NCBI GenBank assembly: GCA_977020255.1
Contig: CDROCS010002105.1
Span: 124,001-188,000, forward strand
Reading direction: 5' to 3'
Length of the DNA: 64,000 nt
From: Obrimoposthia wandeli
Lineage: Eukaryota
Shown here: in pieces, positions 60,369 through 64,000 of the stretch
Layout of the letters: every line of letters begins with the position of its first letter
Numbering within the stretch: position 1 is the first letter of the stretch
Notes under the pieces: model-generated
What the model was told of the DNA's origin: nothing
The model's database searches: none
What the model saw: only the letters and a program-made list of their open reading frames with translations
Position numbers and translations under genes: made by a program

Positions 60369-60659
60369 TTAGGCGATTTTTGTCATTTCATTTAACACGA
60401 AGCTTTCTACTGCACCTTCAGTGGCTGCTACGTAGTCTTTCAAATGTTGGTTATCTAGGTGTTTTTGCAATAACTCACGTGAAGTCCAATTCTCGTAAAA
60501 CACGAAATGCGCTGGGTTGTCGTTATCTTGGTGAAGATCGTAATTGATGCAGCCTTCTTCAGCACGTGTAATGTCGATTAGTTTCAGTAGTTCAGCTTTT
60601 ACAAATTCTACTTTATCGGCTTTCGCGATGATGTTTGCAACAATTGTTAGGTTAGCCAT
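60369..60659 (-). CDS. Putative quinol monooxygenase (ABM domain)
   Basis: TRAEEGCINYDLHQD..FVFYENW..HL. Confidence 0.88.
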   Translation of the reverse strand: MANLTIVANIIAKADKVEFVKAELLKLIDITRAEEGCINYDLHQDNDNPAHFVFYENWTSRELLQKHLDNQHLKDYVAATEGAVESFVLNEMTKIA

Positions 60660-60926
60660 GTTCCGTCCTCAATATCGTTTTTTGTGACTCTCTTGTTCAC
60701 GAGGTAAATCATAGCCTTTGTTTGTTATGTTATAAACAGCATAATTACGGAATCATTTTCAAAAAATATTAGATAATATGGATTGTGAACGTGATACTTG
60801 GTTATAAATAAGCCCAAGAAACCGTGTTGTGATTTATTGGGCATAATTAGATTCGGCGTCTGTATAGCGTTTAGCTAGAAATCACCGCGATGGTCTTCTT
60901 TGCTAACTGTATTTTTATCTTTGTAT

Positions 60927-61307
60927 TTAGCTTACGCGATGCACTGCACAAACTTTATTGCCTGATGGGTCACGTAAATAAGCGAGATATAGTTGACCGA
61001 TAGCACCTTCTCGTATCGCTGGTGGCTCTTCACATGTAGTACCGCCATTAGCGACGCCAGCAGCATGCCAAGCATCAGCAATTTCTGTACTTGCTGCTGA
61101 AAAACCGATAGTGCTACCATTGCCATGGCATGCTGGCTCACCATCAATTGGCTTACTTAGCGCGAATATGCCACTCTTAGTGAAGTAAAAACAACGTCCT
61201 TTTTCGTCAAGAACGCCTGGCTCGTAGCCCATAGCACCTAAGATAGCATCGTAAAATGTTTTTGATTGTTGAATGTCGTTTGCGCCAACCATGATATGAC
61301 TAAACAT
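60927..61307 (-). CDS. VOC/glyoxalase-family protein
   Basis: FSHIMVG, GNGSTIGF, YLAYLRDPSGNK. Confidence 0.88.
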   Translation of the reverse strand: MFSHIMVGANDIQQSKTFYDAILGAMGYEPGVLDEKGRCFYFTKSGIFALSKPIDGEPACHGNGSTIGFSAASTEIADAWHAAGVANGGTTCEEPPAIREGAIGQLYLAYLRDPSGNKVCAVHRVS

Positions 61308-61616
61308 GAATACTTTCCTTGTTTGAAATTTTAATAAAATAGGATGTAGCTAGGGTATAAAGGCTTCGCTCGTTAAAAACAACAGGCAAGAAGCCCATTT
61401 AATCTAACATACCTACTTAGAATAAAAAGTCTAAATGACTTACCTTGAACGCAATATAGTGTCTAGCATTGTGCTTGATTTTGCCTTTCGAGATACCTTG
61501 GATATTCTTGGTAATGTGAAAGACGATTGAGTAATCAAATATATTTAGAGTGGAAGAAAACAAAAACGCAGTGTAGATCACTGCGTTTCATATTTATCAA
61601 TAGGGGGAAGAGAGAC

Positions 61617-61781
61617 TTATCGAATAACGCGTCCAGAGTTAGGTGCAACTTTACCAGTACCACCTTGGTGATGCTCTGTTGTGACGCCCATCTCAGTCAT
61701 TAGCAGTTCTTTCATTGCTGCTGACTCACGTGGGTTAGTTGGCTTCCAGCTAGAAATTATTTTCGCTTTATTGTCTTTCAT
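61617..61781 (-). CDS. Small hypothetical protein (54 aa)
   Basis: RBS AAGGAG before ATG 61781 (MKDNKAKIISSWKP...). Confidence 0.6.
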   Translation of the reverse strand: MKDNKAKIISSWKPTNPRESAAMKELLMTEMGVTTEHHQGGTGKVAPNSGRVIR

Positions 61782-62065
61782 TGAATATCTCCTTTTCAAT
61801 ATTTGCGACAGTGCGTATGAAATGATTTTTTTGCAAATTTTATATGCGACCATTCTCATACAAAACTAAGTGCATTACCAGAAAAAATTCGTATAAAGTA
61901 TTTGAATGCTTATCGTAATACCTAGCGCAATTTTGCATAACGGCTCAAAATGAAAAGACTACAGTGCATAGCTATAAAGCATGTCGTATTAAATATAGTT
62001 TAAATTATCAATAAAAAAGCCGACTTCAGATAGAAGTCGGCTTTTTATTCAAAATATAGCGGTGA

Positions 62066-62365
62066 TTATTTTGCTAAAGAACGGCTCTTTAATTCAAAAA
62101 TCAGCTTTTCTGCACTGCATTCAAATTTGATGCGCGCTGTTAGTTCTGTGCTTTCTTCTGTTAGCTCTGATGCTTGATATTCGAAGTTAGCATTCACTTC
62201 CTTGGCTAGTGCAAGGTAGTTATTTAATTCATTTTCTAAAGCGACTTGACCTTGAGCGAAGATTGATACTTCAGCGACATCGTCACCTTCTTTGATAATA
62301 AAGCCTACTTCTGCAGATACGCCACAAGCGTCGCACGGTTGAAATTCTTGTTCTTCGTTATTCAT
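62066..62365 (-). CDS. DUF406 (YfcZ/YiiS-like) protein
   Basis: CDACG..F.CSAEKLIFELK. Confidence 0.85.
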   Translation of the reverse strand: MNNEEQEFQPCDACGVSAEVGFIIKEGDDVAEVSIFAQGQVALENELNNYLALAKEVNANFEYQASELTEESTELTARIKFECSAEKLIFELKSRSLAK

Positions 62366-62579
62366 GACTTTAATCCCTATTGGTTTTATAGGGTTATTCT
62401 AAAACTTCGTGACCTAGATCGCTATTCATAAATGATGAAAAGTAAATTTTACTGTTTTTAATCACTAGATGCACTGTTTCTGAGGGTTGCGTGTTGATTC
62501 ATAAAATACATGCTCATTCATAAAAAAAGCACCTAAAGTATCGTTTTAGGCACTTATTGGTGCTTTTCTGGTTGTTTAT

Positions 62580-64000
62580 TTAATCGTTTGAAGTAGCAAG
62601 TTTGCTACTTTGAGATCGCATATTAAGCAACACAATGGCGGCGATAATTACAACACCGACTATACGTATCCAGCTATCTGTAAAAATAATCCCACCGGCT
62701 AACACGAATAAAATACCCCGTTCTATCAATGATAGTGGATTAATGAGGCGTCCTTCAATACTGCCAGCAAAGGCTAAAATTAGCCCGATAGTGGTTATAA
62801 TGGCAAAGACAAATCCAGACATGTTATCACTGCTGTAAATGAGCCCCGAAAAAGCCATCATGGTTGGAATGAGGAAGAAACCTTGTGCGAGCTTAAAGGC
62901 TTGAACCGCTGATTTCATTGGGGAAGCATTGGCGATACCGGCCCCCGCAAACGCTGCGAGAGCGATAGGGGGAGTAACATTTGATGTTTGTGATAACCAA
63001 AAAACAATCATATGAGCGGTAAGTAAACCCAAACCAAGAGCAGTTAAGGCAGGTACGGCCATTATGGATAATACGATGTACGCGGCTGTTACAGGTAACC
63101 CCATACCAAGAATAACGGCAGCGATGGCTATCAAGCCTAAAACAGACCATAAATGACCGCCAGAAAGAGCAATCAAAAATTGGGTGAACTGCAAACCAAT
63201 ACCCGTTTGGCCAACCACACCAACAACAATACCAGCCGTTGCACATGCAACCGAAATAGGCAGTGCTAAAAGAGCGCCTTCTTTCATGCCCTGTAAGAAA
63301 ACACGAAAAGTCAGTCGACTGTGTTTTCGGCACATCGCTGCGGTAAGAATAGCGGCACACCCTGCAACACCAACTAAAACAGGGGAGTAGCTCATTAACA
63401 GTAACGTCGTTATAAAAATTAACGGGACTAAAAAGTGCCAACCTTGTTTAAGTACCACACTTAATTTTTCAACGGTATCCATGCCTTGCAAACCGAGTTT
63501 ACACGCCATTAAATGCACATAAAGCAGTGTACAGCCAAAATATAAAATGGCAGGTGCAATCGAAACGAGCAAGATTTCACTGTATGGAATACCTGTAAAT
63601 TGTGCCATTACAAAAGCACCAGCTCCCATTACGGGTGGCATAATTTGCCCCCCGGTAGATGCTGCTGCCTCAATACCTGCTGCTTGCTCAGGTTTATATC
63701 CAAGTTTCTTCATCATCGGAATCGTCAGTGCGCCTGTGGTGACGGTGTTCGCAATGGCTGAACCAGATATTGACCCCAATGCAGCAGATGCAATGACACT
63801 TGCTTTTGCAGGTCCTCCTCGATACTTTCCTGCCACCGAAAATGCACCATCAATGAAGAACTGACCCGCACCACTGACTTGTAAAAAAGCGCCAAATAAC
63901 ACAAAAATAAAAACAACACCGGCCGCAATAGCAAGAGGGGCACCGAAAACGCCATTGGTTGAAAAAATATGAAAACGAATAATTTCTTCTACCGAGAACC
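62580..64000 (-). CDS. TRAP transporter fused 4TM/12TM permease; 5' part outside the window
   Basis: GGPAKASV, GSAIANTVTTG, EAAASTGGQIMPPVMGAGAF, GMGLPVTAAY, VTPPIALAAF; frame open to 64000. Confidence 0.92.
   Translation of the reverse strand, partial: FSVEEIIRFHIFSTNGVFGAPLAIAAGVVFIFVLFGAFLQVSGAGQFFIDGAFSVAGKYRGGPAKASVIASAALGSISGSAIANTVTTGALTIPMMKKLGYKPEQAAGIEAAASTGGQIMPPVMGAGAFVMAQFTGIPYSEILLVSIAPAILYFGCTLLYVHLMACKLGLQGMDTVEKLSVVLKQGWHFLVPLIFITTLLLMSYSPVLVGVAGCAAILTAAMCRKHSRLTFRVFLQGMKEGALLALPISVACATAGIVVGVVGQTGIGLQFTQFLIALSGGHLWSVLGLIAIAAVILGMGLPVTAAYIVLSIMAVPALTALGLGLLTAHMIVFWLSQTSNVTPPIALAAFAGAGIANASPMKSAVQAFKLAQGFFLIPTMMAFSGLIYSSDNMSGFVFAIITTIGLILAFAGSIEGRLINPLSLIERGILFVLAGGIIFTDSWIRIVGVVIIAAIVLLNMRSQSSKLATSND

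Noticed and set aside
1-64000. CRISPR arrays, integron attC arrays, riboswitches, CsrB-like GGA arrays, parS2 sites, IS transposases
   Set aside because: No regularly spaced repeat-spacer pattern or convincing consensus match seen on either strand; by-eye scan only, so an Infernal/CRISPR-finder run would be decisive

Overview
This is a Vibrionaceae chromosomal segment. The intergenic repeat family and gene content suggest Photobacterium, and the mal/rnb/deaD/nrdDG neighbourhood resembles Vibrio chromosome II (both are inferences). From left to right it holds: (1) an expanded maltodextrin/alpha-glucan locus (glgX, lamB-malM, a GH13, two malE paralogues, a GDE-type 1,6-glucosidase, an esterase, malK, malEFG) with CRP/MalT promoters, a hidden 48-aa secreted two-Cys peptide and a probable MicX-like sRNA; (2) rnb/deaD and two tandem relV-type alarmone synthetases; (3) an AT-rich Fap-like amyloid/surface-fibre secretion locus at 27950-34267 (beta-barrel, two paralogous D/N/S/T-rich subunits, two double-glycine minor subunits, a secreted C39 peptidase, an atypical VpsR-type regulator) next to a diguanylate cyclase; (4) nrdDG with FNR/NrdR boxes, followed by a DARS-like DnaA-box cluster; (5) tRNA-Ser(UGA) with an integrase-less ~11.6-kb island between ~172-bp direct repeats, whose four operons share a 27-bp motif; (6) ordinary housekeeping and stress genes ending in a partial TRAP permease. 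No CRISPR array, rRNA or intact transposase was seen. All family assignments come from motif recognition by eye; no database searches were run.
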